DNA of 56,415 bases from Octopus bimaculoides (GCF_001194135.2 NC_068996.1:13051141-13107555), one strand, 5' to 3'. Positions 36,703 to 49,228 are shown, numbered from the stretch's first letter. Made by a program: numbers and translations. Notes: generated from the letters alone by a model not told the origin.

Positions 36703-36762
36703 TTCGATGATGATGTTGACGATGATGATGATGATGATGATGATGCTGATGATGATGATGAC

Positions 36763-36795
<33 letters not shown>

Positions 36796-36846
36796 AATAA
36801 TAATAATAATAATAATAACAATAATAATAATAACAATAATAATAAT

Positions 36847-36933
36847 CACAGCAAACCACAGCACATACCCAAGGCGCACAGAGCTGCGCTCGGTAGTGAA
36901 GTGAAAGCACGTTATAAAAATAAAACTACTGAA
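36847..36933 (+). mobile_element. 87-bp 3' UTR stub of the R4/Dong-like LINE, embedded in (AAT)n
   Basis: Identical to 41133-41219 and flanked by AAT runs on both sides. Confidence 0.92.
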
Positions 36934-36950
36934 TAATAATAATAATAATA

Positions 36951-38375
36951 AGGATACTCATTCTAAAAACTGCACTCAGCTCCAAAAATCGCATCGAAGC
37001 CATTAACACCCTGGCGCTCTTGGAGTCCAGTATAGTTTTACCATCATTAACTAGAATCTTACAGAGCTCCAACGCCTGGACAGGAAGATATGGAAACTCC
37101 TAACATTTAAGAACATGCACCACCCAAAAACAGATGCTGATCGTCTGTACCTACCTAGAAGTAATGGGGGGAAGAGGAATGATGCAGGTAGAACTGTGCT
37201 CCACAATAGCAATGAAAAGGTGCATATCTAGTACAGAGGACTGGAAGATGCGGTTTGTGTGCAAATACGAAAGCAGCAAAAAAATCACATTTTATAGTCA
37301 AGAAAGCTTTCAGATTCACAAGGGAACATGGCAGTAACCTTGAATTAGATGAAGAATCTGAAACCACTGCTACAAAAAAAAAAAAAAAAAAAACGCGGAA
37401 AACTGATCAAACAGACTGCAAAAAGAATGCGCAGAAACAAATTGAGGAGCGGTGCAGTCAGAAGCCTTTGCGTGGACGTTATATACTTCAAAGTCGAAAT
37501 GCTGATGTAGACCAAGCAACAACCCATCAGTGGCTGAAAAGTTCAGGACTGAAAACAAAGACTGAATGTTTCCTATTGGCGGCACAAGATCAAAGCTTGC
37601 TTACCAAAAATTACCAGGCTAACGTTTTTCAAAACTGTTCTGATCCTAAACTCAGATTCTGCGATGCAGTTGGCGAAACAATAGCCCACCTCGTCTCGGG
37701 ATGTCTTGTGCTGACACCAAACGAATACAAAAATCGCCACAATAGGGTAGAACAGTATTTACATTGGAAAATATGTAAACACTGCAAAATCAACACTCCT
37801 GCTTACTGGTATGAACATCATCCTGAGCCAGTCATTGAAGGTAAAAATGTCACTATCCTCTGGTATTTTCCAGTCATCACCGACAGAGTGATCCAGGCTA
37901 ATCGACCAGACATAATTATTAAAGACAAGGAAGAAAATCCTTGTAGACTAATAGATGTAAGTGTTCCCAATGATAAAAAGTATATCTGTAAAGGAATTTG
38001 ACAAATTAAGTAAATATAAGAACCTGGAAATTGAAATACAAAAGATGTGGCATCTTAAAACAAGGACTGTTCCTGTTATTGTAGGTGCCATAGGTATGAT
38101 AAAAAGAAAAGGATGCCAGAAACATCTAGATAATATCCAAGGAGAACCATGTCTGAGAGAAATCCAACAGATTGCGCTGACAAGTACTGCCCACATCCTT
38201 AATTTAAATGTCTGTGTTGTACTATATGAAGCTATTTCGCTACTGTCCCTGCCACATCCCCTTCCCAATCTTTCAGTCATACTCTAATATCGCTTATCCT
38301 TCACTCGCCCTAGGACGCTGGGTGTGTCACGGTGAGTGATTGTAACAAAGAAGAAGATTAAAAGTAAATGATAAT
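36951..38375 (+). mobile_element. 5'-truncated R4/Dong-like RLE LINE (copy 4)
   Basis: KNRIEAINTLA, DRLYLPRSNGG, ORF 37255-38001 with HQWLKSSGLK..AAQDQSL, knuckle region and ANRPDIIIKD..LIDVSVP (PD..D endonuclease), then VPVIVGAIG..TAHIL. Starts and ends in AAT runs. Confidence 0.95.
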
Positions 38376-38396
38376 AATAAAGATAATAATAATGAT

Positions 38397-38607
38397 CCTT
38401 TCTAGTGGTGGCACAAGGCCTCAAATTCGTGGAGAGGGGTAAGTCGATTACGTCGACCCCAGCATTTTACTGGACTTAATTTATCGACTCCGAAAGGATG
38501 AAAGACAAAGTCGATCTCGGCGGGATTTGAACTCAGGATATAACGACAAACAAAAATACCGCTAAGGATCTCGCCCGCCGTGCTAACGATTCTACCAGTT
38601 CAACGCC
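38397..38607 (-). mobile_element. SINE family B, copy 3
   Basis: Same body and head as copy 1. Confidence 0.9.
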
Positions 38608-38610
38608 TTC

Positions 38611-38616
38611 AATAAA

Positions 38617-38681
<65 letters not shown>

Positions 38682-38687
38682 TGATAA

Positions 38688-38762
<75 letters not shown>

Positions 38763-38766
38763 TAAT
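38611..38766. repeat. (AAT)n then (AGT)n microsatellite
   Basis: Seen directly. Confidence 0.97.
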
Positions 38767-38956
38767 CCTTTCTATTATAGGCACAAGACTAATTTTGGGG
38801 AAATGGGTAGTCGATTATATCGACCCCAGTACGTAACTGGTACTTATCGAAATCTGAAAAGATGAAATGCAAAGTTGACCTCGGCGAATATCAACTCAGA
38901 ACGCGAAGACAGACAAAATACCGCTCAGCATTTCACCCGGCGTGCTAACGATTCTG
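38767..38956 (-). mobile_element. SINE family B, copy 4
   Basis: Same body; the head is clipped at tgctaacgattctg. Confidence 0.88.
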
Positions 38957-38957
38957 T

Positions 38958-39508
38958 TAATGCCCGGATGCAGTATCAGGCAGTGACTCTCATGGCTTCT
39001 GATCTTAATTGATTGGAAGTGTTAGCATGTACATTGTTTTGTCTTGGTATAAAAAGATGGGCTACAGCAAATATTCTGCTCAATACCACAGATTTGCTTG
39101 TCAGTTGTTTGACCATAACCAGTTGAGCATGTCCCTTGGTGGCTGACGATATGTGTATCTCTGATCATGAGCAGAAATGGTGGGGGAGCTTCATAACCAT
39201 GTGTCGAGAGGAATTCTTTGGGGTTTGGATAATTCACTTCTGGAAACATGGGTGTTTTGTTCAACATTCTTAAACAACTCTTATTCAGGGTTCTTTTGAG
39301 CAAGATGAGCTTCTCGACCTAAAAAAAAATTCTGACTGCAAGGTCATCTGCTGTTAATCTTGGTATGAGATCACCATGTCTCGCACATATGGTTGTGATA
39401 CATGTGCCTGGTGTACACTTATCAGACGGGTAGTCATGATGGGTATATTTGGCTTCGTATATTTTACGCCAGTGGCATGCACTGCCCTCTCATTTAATCA
39501 TAATAATA

Positions 39509-39603
<95 letters not shown>
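38958..39603 (+). mobile_element. Retroposed element C, copy 2, with (AAT)n tail
   Basis: Colinear with 35888-36420; AAT tail at 39495-39603. Confidence 0.8.
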
Positions 39604-39604
<1 letters not shown>

Positions 39605-41219
39605 TTCGGATTAGAAAAATGTGCCAAAGCAACCCTGAAAAGAGGAAAATTAGTTAAAAGTAGCAATATAACACTAGATAAAGCCAATGAAATAAGAGAA
39701 CTAGACGAAAGCCAACCATATAAGTATTTAGGAGTCAATGAACTAGATAGGATACAACATACACAAATGAAAGAAAAAATAAACAAAGAGTACTATAGAC
39801 GAGTTAGATCAATACTAAAAACAGAGCTCAATGCTAAAAACAAGATAATGGGTATCAACACTTTAGCTGTCCCAGTTATAAGCTACAGCTACNNNNNNNN
39901 NNNNNNNNNNNNNNNNNNNNNNNNNNNNNNNNNNNNNNNNNNNNNNNNNNNNNNNNNNNNNNNNNNNNNNNNNNNNNNNNNNNNNNNNNNNNNNNNNNNN
40001 NNNNNNNNNNNNNNNNNNNNNNNNNNNNNNNNNNNNNNNNNNNNNNNNNNNNNNNNNNNNNNNNNNNNNNNNNNNNNNNNNNNNNNNNNNNNNNNNNNNN
40101 NNNNNNNNNNNNNNNNNNNNNNNNNNNNNNNNNNNNNNNNNNNNNNNNNNNNNNNNNNNNNNNNNNNNNNNNNNNNNNNNNNNNNNNNNNNNNNNNNNNN
40201 NNNNNNNNNNNNNNNNNNNNNNNNNNNNNNNNNNNNNNNNNNNNNNNNNNNNNNNNNNNNNNNNNNNNNNNNNNNNNNNNNNNNNNNNNNNNNNNNNNNN
40301 NNNNNNNNNNNNNNNNNNNNNNNNNNNNNNNNNNNNNNNNNNNNNNNNNNNNNNNNNNNNNNNNNNNNNNNNNNNNNNNNNNNNNNNNNNNNNNNNNNNN
40401 NNNNNNNNNNNNNNNNNNNNNNNNNNNNNNNNNNNNNNNNNNNNNNNNNNNNNNNNNNNNNNNNNNNNNNNNNNNNNNNNNNNNNNNNNNNNNNNNNNNN
40501 NNNNNNNNNNNNNNNNNNNNNNNNNNNNNNNNNNNNNNNNNNNNNNNNNNNNNNNNNNNNNNNNNNNNNNNNNNNNNNNNNNNNNNNNNNNNNNNNNNNN
40601 NNNNNNNNNNNNNNNNNNNNNNNNNNNNNNNNNNNNNNNNNNNNNNNNNNNNNNNNNNNNNNNNNNNNNNNNNNNNNNNNNNNNNNNNNNNNNNNNNNNN
40701 NNNNNNNNNNNNNNNNNNNNNNNNNNNNNNNNNNNNNNNNNNNNNNNNNNNNNNNNNNNNNNNNNNNNNNNNNNNNNNNNNNNNNNNNNNNNNNNNNNNN
40801 NNNNNNNNNNNNNNNNNNNNNNNNNNNNNNNNNNNNNNNNNNNNNNNNNNNNNNNNNNNNNNNNNNNNNNNNATGACAACGTTTCTCGAAAAGAAATGGA
40901 AAAACTTTCAAAATACAAAGACCTGTAAATAGAGATAACTCGAATGTGGAATCTAAAAACAGAAACAATTCCTATCATAGTAGGTGCCTTAGGTATAATA
41001 AAAAAATATTCAGACAAATACATAACAAAAATACCAGGACTTACAAATATATATAACATACAGAAAATTGCACTACTGGGTACTGCACACATTCTACGCA
41101 AAACAGTTTCAATACAGTAAACATAAGAGCACCACAGCAAACCACAGCACATACCCAAGGCGCACAGAGCTGCGCTCGGTAGTGAAGTGAAAGCACGTTA
41201 TAAAAATAAAACTACTGAA
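39605..41219 (+). mobile_element. Young 5'-truncated R4/Dong-like LINE (copy 5), middle hidden by gap 39893-40872
   Basis: Open frame FGLEKCAKATLKRGK..YKYLGV..KNKIMGINTLAVPVISYSY; after the gap KEMEKLSKYKDL*IEITRMWNLK..PIIVGALG..TAHILRKTVSIQ*, then 3' UTR and AAT tail. Confidence 0.95.
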
Positions 41220-41280
41220 CAATAATAATAATAATGTTACTGATAGTTATAATAATAGTAGTAGTAGTAATGATAATAAT

Positions 41281-44200
41281 CCTTTCTTTATTGGCCACAA
41301 TGGCCGAACTCAAAAACAATTAGGGACAATAGAAAAGAAGGGTCGAGTGGGGTTTAAAACAGAACGTGTAAGCAATAAAAACAAAAATAGTTTTAAAACA
41401 ACAAAATTCCCCAATATGGAAGAGTTGTACCCAGGGCCTACCAGGGTACTCCACACATCATGGTCAGCCCTATTGTCAAGGGCACGCGGGTAGGTTCCCC
41501 CACTTCCCCTCAACTGCTCCAGCTTACAGACAAATATTCAGAGTAGGCCCATTCACACGAGCCATTTTCGCAACATTCACTCACCTTTCAACAGACTTAC
41601 CGGGGGAAAACGTCCCTCTCTACCTTCTCTTACCTTTCCTTGTGGAACTTGTAAAAGTCAATGAAGGCTCAGCCAAAGAGGAAAGTGTCTGTCTTCAGTC
41701 CTTTCAACCTCGTCCACCACACTACTTCTTTTTCTATAGACACCAGGCAGAGGAAAACTGTCTTTTCCTCCAGGCCAAAAGAAGGCAGCAGAGCTATCCT
41801 CACAATGGACTTGGCCGACAATCGGATCTGACTAAATACGTGACAACTGTTTGACAAAGCTCCACAGGTCAGTAATGCATGGACACTTGAGTGCATGCAG
41901 GATCGTCCATCGCTTTGTGCATACCTCGGATAGGTCCATCTGACTGCACTTCCATGTCTATAGAGCTTGTCTCGAACTGGCAGAGCTCCCCGGTGGCACT
42001 GCCAGGCCAGGGATTTCTGGAAGTTATCTATAGGCCCTGGACCGAAAGTCCTCCGGAAAAGACCAGTAAGTTGATCCTTCTCGAATCCCAGAGTTTCCCC
42101 GAGTGCATCATCACTCTTTCCCTCCACTAATCATCTATAGAACTTCATGGTGGTACTTCCACCGACCGCGTTGCCCGACTAGCAGAAGTCTGTGGGCGCT
42201 TTCCGACATTCCAGGTGCCAAGTGCCCTTTTTAGGTGTGCGTTTGTCCCAGGACTGTAGCTCCATCAATGATATGAGCTGAGGAAAGTCCCTTTTCACGA
42301 ACGGCGATCACACATACTCCCCGTTGAGGCAACGGTGGAGATGTCGCAGCCTCAGCGCATGCCTGCGCATCATTAGTCACGGCATGCCCAGTCCTCCACT
42401 CAGCGGCTGTTGACAGCAGATGGACCGTCTCACGAACGGATTACGTCCCTTCCATACGAATTGGAGGCAAGCGCTCCAAATTTATCAGGCACGAAGTGGA
42501 GCTAGGGACGACGTTCAGGTGGTAGAAGCTGACGGAAGCAATGTATGCATTAGCCACTTCCGTCCTTTGAGGGACAGCTTCCTCTCCACCAATTTCTGGG
42601 TGAGATTCGCTACCCTGCTCGTTACCTACTCCCATTTCTTGTCCATCTGGATGTCTGGACCAGGCCAGACCCCGAGCAATTTAACCTGTACTTCTGTTCA
42701 GCGCCCTACAAGCAGTCGGTTGGCATGGATCTGCCTCTCCAGGTGCCAAGCTGCAGGTCCACCGGCTTCTACTGGTTGATATTTGCTCCCGTCATCACTT
42801 CGTATTCCTTTAGAGCAGTGCCGATGACCTCGATTACCGAAATGTCCGACACTATTACGGTGACGTCGTCCATGTAGACCGACACGAACATTCCGCATCC
42901 TAGATTATGCGGGATGCTCCTCGAAACATCCAGCTTCAGCAGCAATGGCTCGAGAGCCAGTACGTACAGAAGAGGCGAGAGTGGGCATCTTTGACGGACC
43001 GAATGAGTGATTCTCAACGATTCCGAAAAGTGGCCATTTACTTTGACTACCGAACACACCTCAATGTACATTGCGGCGATCCAGCCTCTGAAAATACGAC
43101 CGAAACCTGCTGCGGTGAGAACAGCCTCCAAGTATTGGTGGTCAGCCCTATCTAAAGCTTTCGACTGATCCAAATTGATTAGGGCCCAACCCATGCCAGG
43201 TTCCTTTACCCACCGTCTTTATGATGTAGCGTGTAAGGTGGAGGTTGTTGTGCATAGCTCTGTTTGAGATAGCGCATGTCTGCACGTCACCAGCCAACTT
43301 ATCGACGACATGCACCAACCACTTGGCTAACGCCTTGGCCAAAATCTTATAATCTGTTTTCAGCAGAGTTGTAGGCTTAAAGTTATCAATTTTGTCATCC
43401 TTGTTCGGGTCTTTCTCAACAGTACCACCGTTCCCACGGCTCACAACACTGGGAATTCTTCTGTTCTGCTGCCAGTTGTGGTAGACGTCTGCCAAAAGGC
43501 CACCGAACAAGTCTGGTATATGAAAATAAAGCTCAAAGGGCAGACCATCCCGCTCTGGAAACTTCTCTCTTGCGCAGCTCTTCATAGCGTCCCGTATATC
43601 TTCGGCTGCTTTCTGAATTTCGCAGAACTCCGCATCGCTGACCGAGAGGCACGGCATGCCACTGAGATACGAGGTGAAATCCACCACCGTCATAGAACCA
43701 CTGCGAGCCCCATACAGTTCGGCGAAGTACTGCTAAAATTCCGCAAACATCTGCTTGGATTCGGTTATTATGCGTCCATCACAGATCGTCGAAGACTGAA
43801 TTCTTGCTTTGTACCCGCGAAGCGCCTCTGCAACCCGGACCCATCGAACGGCTTTCGTCTTCTCCCGTTTCACTGCACGCGCCCTATCTCTGACAACGCA
43901 ACCTTCGTGCATGGTATAGAAGAATCGATCAAGAGCCAATCTCACCGCTAGAACGGTCGGTCGCTAAGCCTTTCCTAAGCGCCTCTTCTAGCTTCCTAAC
44001 TAGCCCTTACCCTCTATCCTAGATTCCTCTAACGCCATTTCCTTACTAAAACCTACCACCTCTACTCTAATAGCCCTTTTCAGGACTATCCACCAACAAC
44101 TGTTTACGATTGCGCACACCGACTCTCGACGGACTAACTTGCTAACCCGATCTCCGAAAGCTTGGCGCGCCGGAAAGGACGCGTTCATCTTCTATGAATC

Positions 44201-46165
44201 CTACCTATGTCGACCGTACAGATCACAGATTTATGGTCCATGTAGCCGACAACTTTGAAACGTGGACAACTTATACTACTTCTATCTACAGGCCTACAAA
44301 ATACTCTATCTAGATATTATCTGGAAGATCCGATGCGATTCGCCCATGCCCACAGTGGTGCATTCGTGAAATCTAGTCGGCACCTGTCAGCCAACTCGAA
44401 GCGGCTGAGCAGGTTTGTAAGGCTTTTACTCGCCCCACTCTCCTATCAGCTAGCCCCATCCTATCCGGGAGTGCGTCCAAGATCGCGTTCCAGGCACCCA
44501 CTAACATTAAAGAGCATGATATCCCAAGGAAAACCTCCAAACGTCTGGCTCCTGATCTGGTTCCTCTCGGAAACCAGCTAAAAGCCTCTTGGTTGGGGTG
44601 GACGTCTGCCCTTCCGGCGACATGAGGAAATCCCTCTGAATTTACTTGTATACTTTGAGGGGTAACCGTATTAATATTAAATGATCCGCAACCTTAAGAG
44701 TGCTAGTGTCATAAATTGCACAGTCTCTCTCAATTTGCTTGTTTTTGGTTGTGGGAACCAAGAAATTTTCATTGGTTCTTCTCACAAGCACATAATTCGG
44801 TATTTCCGTATTGACTATGGGCTTTCGTTAGGAGGCTATGTGTGGTTGTGGGTGCATTGGTGGATTTCGTTGGGGGTAGTGGTGGTTGTGGGGATGGTAG
44901 TGCTGGTGTTGTTTTTGCTGTATCTATGTTCGAGGTGTTGTGGGGTTTCTGTGTTTTCAGGTGTTGATGTAGGTTCTTTTGTTTTCTGTTTCCTTTGCCC
45001 TTTTCATCTTTTTTTTATTTTGTGGGGTTCTTCCCCGTCTTAACTACGGGATGAGTAGTGGCAAGTGCCTGTATGGCCAGTCTCGGGGAGTGCGGATGTG
45101 TCTGTGATAGAGTGAATATGCTTTTGTGAGCGTATCCTTGAGAGGGGGGATGAGGGGGTCTGGTTTGACAGATACCCTGGATCCTTTACCCCATTGTATG
45201 GGGTTCACTTACCTCTGTTGTTGGAGGTGAAGCTGCAGTTCTATCAAAAGATCTCTGTAGTTAGGGGTGCACTGTAGGCTCCAGATGTAGCCGCGTACAT
45301 CCCGATTTTTGGAAGCAGAAGACTCTCAGGTGGCTTGTAGCCCCACAGGTGTCACATCTAGGCTTTCTGTCTTCCACGACGACACGCAGTCCCACCCAGT
45401 TGGGCAGCTTGATCAAGTCCTGGATCTTCACGATATTCTCCGATTTCACGTGGATTAATATCTCCAAGCTGATCCCGCACTAGTTCTCCCCGCTGTTCCT
45501 TTTTACCTCCAAGAATGACTCTGGTTCCTGCATCACACAGGCAACGATCCACCAGACGTTTACACCTGGTGGCACACCGTTTACCCTAATTGTCGTCATT
45601 CTCTTCGAAAGGTAGGTGGGATAGAGGACCCACTCCTCAGTCCACCGGGATGACATTGCGTGTCTTCCTGCGAGGTCTCCGCTTTAAAAGAGTACCTCAA
45701 TGCTGGCAAACTGCCTCCCTCTCTGTATGTGAGCCACATTTATTAAAATTCCGCTGAGGGCCTTCTCGACGTGACTGATGGACGCTATTTCGGATCTCCT
45801 ACTCTTCCGTGATACACATTCAAAATATACTGCTTCTTTTTTCTTTCGCCTTTATTATTTCGGGAGGAACACAAACTGATGCCTTACGCGCATCAACTTT
45901 GGCAATGTCTTTTCCTCTTGAAAGTTCTCGAATTTTGTACTCAAGAGGGATTGTAAATTCTCTCTTTTTTGTTTGCTTCATCAGCAAACCTCTTGTTTTT
46001 GCTACTGTTTTTTTTCGTTGTTGTTGCTGTTGGTGGTGATGGTGGTGACCACTTCCACCGTTGCCACTCTCCACACCGCCGTCACCGCCTTCAATTGTAG
46101 TATTATTTTCTCCGCTAAAAATCCATTGTGTTTTGAATTGCGTTGCTGTTACTACAACAACAACA

Positions 46166-46234
<69 letters not shown>

Positions 46235-46560
46235 ACTGCTGCTACTGCTACTGCTACCACCACCGCCACCGCTGTCGCTGTTGCTGTCATCGGCGCCGCT
46301 GCCGCCGCCGCTAGAATTGCCACCACTACTGTTTCCAATGTTTTCACTGCTGCTGCTAGTTTGAAGTTTTCCAATCTTCCTTTTCTCCTACCCCTCTCTT
46401 GTAATGTTACAGACAGTAACGGAGGGAAGAGGAGGGAAACCTTGGGCAGTTCTTTTTTCCATAACTCTTCCAAGATGCGCCTTGCTATCTATCTTGTTTA
46501 TTTATATTGGATTAAAACGCGAACCGAATTTCTTTTGGGTCGGATATAGCCCCGCTACGG
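41281..46560 (-). mobile_element. Near full-length decayed Tx1/L1-clade LINE (ORF1 with zinc knuckle; ORF2 with APE, RT and C-terminal Cys region)
   Basis: ORF1 knuckle CDTCGATSHLRVFC (CX2CX4HX4C, ~45350); APE motifs LVGAWNAILD, YLDRV and MDHKSV (44200-44560); RT motifs LLKTDYKILAKALA, INLDQSKALDR, SVRQRCPLSPLLY and VYMDDV; C-terminal RGALPVRDKL. AATAAA at 41293-41288 precedes an ATT/ACT tail. The 5' boundary is approximate. Confidence 0.93.
46155..46310. repeat. (CAA)(CTA)(CTG)(CCA/CCG) trinucleotide tract in the 5' region of the Tx1 element
   Basis: Seen directly. Confidence 0.95.
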
Positions 46561-46861
46561 ACTAAACAAACACTAGGAATCCAATGCCAGGTCCCTAGTG
46601 TTTCTAATAACACAGTGGAACAATGTTTAAACGAAATAAAAAAATTAAAACGGCAACAAACTGGTGCAAACCAAAGTTTTAAATAAGACTTTTAACAAAA
46701 ACAAAAATAACAACACCACTACTACTACTACTAATAATAATAATAATTGAAAAAATAACACTTCGCTATACTGTGTTTGATGAAATTTCTCTAATTTAAA
46801 AAGAATATATCAGGTTCAATATTTGACAGACAGAATCTCAAATCTCTTCTTTTACATATTT

Positions 46862-47075
46862 ACTATTTTACTCTTTTACTTGTTTCAGTCATTTGACTGC
46901 GGCCATGCTGGGGCACCGCCTTCAGTCGAGCAAATCGACCCCAGGACTTATTCTTTGTAAGCCTAGTGCTTATTCTATCAGTCTCTTTTTGCCGAACTGG
47001 TAAGTTACGGGGACGTAAACACACCAGCATCGGTTGTCGAGCGAAGTTGGGGGACAAAAATACAGACACACACAT

Positions 47076-47108
<33 letters not shown>

Positions 47109-47255
47109 CATATATACGACAGGCTTCTTTCAGTTTCCGTCTACCAAATCCACTCACAAGGCTTTGTTCGGCCCGAGGCTATAGTAGAAGACACTTGCCC
47201 AAGGTGCCACGCAGTGGGACTGAACCCAGAACCATGTGGTTGGTAAGCAAGCTTA
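46862..47255 (-). mobile_element. SINE family A, full length
   Basis: Reverse complement of the 6935 and 20775 copies, including the tttactcttttacttgtttcagtc tail. Confidence 0.93.
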
Positions 47256-47419
47256 CATCCTTCATTTTTTATCATACAGTTGTACTACTATGCTTAAACC
47301 TTTCTCAATTAAGTACGAAGAATGAAATGCAACGGTTGAATCTTTATTTCTTTCTGAAAACAAGTTTATTTGTTTTTCTTCTTTGTGCAGACCATATTTT
47401 TTTCTAATCATTTCAAAAT

Positions 47420-48499
47420 CGCACCTGAGCTTCATTGTATTACGTCTTGAGAAAAATCCAGAGCGGTACTGTTTACATCAACCTGAAATGGATTTACAAC
47501 GCGCTCGGGTATTTTTAGTTCCTCAACATCTGTAACTTGGAGTTTCTTAAAGTTTAGAAAATGAAGATAATAGCAGAATACTTCGATATCTGTTAAACAT
47601 AAATTATCAGTATATGTTACCGCAAATGCTTTGAGAGTGAAAAAGTGATGGAAGTTCCAACTTGCTATAATATTTTTGTAGATTGATGTATTGTTAATAA
47701 ACGTCATTAATATTCCGTTTACGTTAACATAAGAAATTTTGTTTCATTACTTTGACGTCATTTCATTTATTCAAAATATGGCAAATTGCGAAAAACTTAT
47801 ACTTTTCTGTCTTTAACATCTGTAAGATCTTCGTGCACAACGTAAAAAATCAAAACAAAGCAAAAACAAAATAAAACAAAAACAAAAAATAAAAAAACAA
47901 AATAAAACAAAACAAAACAAAATATAACAAAACAAAATATAAAGCAAAATAAAATCGTGAATTGGATCATAAAATTTATAAAAACATGGAAAACAATTTC
48001 CATTTGAAATCCATCTAATCATGGGTAAAAACATTTCCCTTCGTTTCTGGACAAAATTTGGCGCAGTGGGTGAATTTTATTCATATTCACTGGTTGAAAA
48101 ATATTACACAATTTTCTAAGATATTTTGAGATTGTCTACGAATAACACAGTGAACAGTAGAATTATTGAAAATTGTTCTTTTTCAATTGATTATAAATCC
48201 ATGACGGCGATCAATCATTGAAAACACCACATCAGTTGAACATGCAATGATGTTTGTAAGAGGAATTGTTTTATCATTGAAAAATTTCTACACAGTTTTG
48301 CAAATCGTATCAGTATCCAGTTGTTCAGCAAATAATAACTCTTTAATGATCTCTTGCTGCGTATTGATAAGGCAAACATAAACCAACACAAAAGTCTCAT
48401 TATCATGGAGTGTTTCATTAATTTGTAAACAAAATCCAATTGTTTTTATCATCACACAGTTTGTTTGCTATTTCATCGATTCTAGCTGAAACTGAACAA
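47420..48499 (-). mobile_element. Decayed hAT transposase (Charlie/Buster, SCAND3/ZBED8-like)
   Basis: Minus strand: ARIDEIA..LQINETLHDNE..KELLFAEQLDTDT..IPLTNIIACSTD..VHCVIRRQ..RWISNGNCF..EELKIPERVVNPF. An (AAAAC)n tract lies at 47830-47960. Confidence 0.88.
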
Positions 48500-49228
48500 T
48501 TGGGTTGGCCAAAAAATCCATTTGGTTTTTACCGAAATTAATCTTCAAACACTCTAATAAGTAGCAGACTTCAGCCTTTCCTTTGTGCATGCGCTCTCGT
48601 CAGGTACTTGACGCTTCAACATAGTTCGACGCGAACTTGCGACAAGGCATGTTGTATTATGTGTACATGGGATCACCCTGAAAATGGAGAAAAAAACGAA
48701 CTTTATCGACACCTCATGCTTTTGTTTTTATTAAAAAAAGACCACAACACAAGAAGGCGGAGGAGTCTTGCAGAAAGATATGTACTGGATATGGAGAAAC
48801 TGTTGATAAGGAACGTGTGGTTTTTCAGATTTTGATTGGGAAATCTTTTTGTTCAAGTTGCACCTCGCTAATCGTAAGGGTATTTTCTGTCATCTCGTCA
48901 ATGCAAGATCCCACACTTCTTTGCTGATGTGGCAGAAGTTACTGGGGTTTGTCTAGGGGGTTTTGCTACCACCACTCACACATTCGCTTGACCTTCTGCT
49001 TTCAGATTACCTCCTATTTCGGTTTCTGCAAACTCCATTGAATGAACAAAGATTCAACTCTGAAAAGGATGTAAAAATTCACCTGAGAGAGTTTTTGCCA
49101 GCAAACACAGGAAATTCTTTGAGAAGGGAATAACAGACCTACCCACAAATAACAGAAGATAGTGGAATAAAACGGTAATAATATCATTGATTGGGTTTGA
49201 AACCTGCATTTTATTTTAGCCAACCCAG
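48500..49228 (+). mobile_element. Internally deleted mariner with both TIRs
   Basis: Left TTGGGTTGGCCAAAA and right TTTTAGCCAACCCAG-TA. N-terminal RHLMLLFL..CRKICTGYGE and C-terminal DYLLFRFLQ..FNSEKDVK..FFEKGITDLP are retained; most of the catalytic core is missing. Confidence 0.9.

Noticed and set aside
45820-46473. 217-aa ORF with poly-Ala/Val/His/Gln resembling a transcription factor
   Set aside because: The homopolymers come from trinucleotide tracts, and the C-terminal part leads by frameshift into the Tx1 ORF1.
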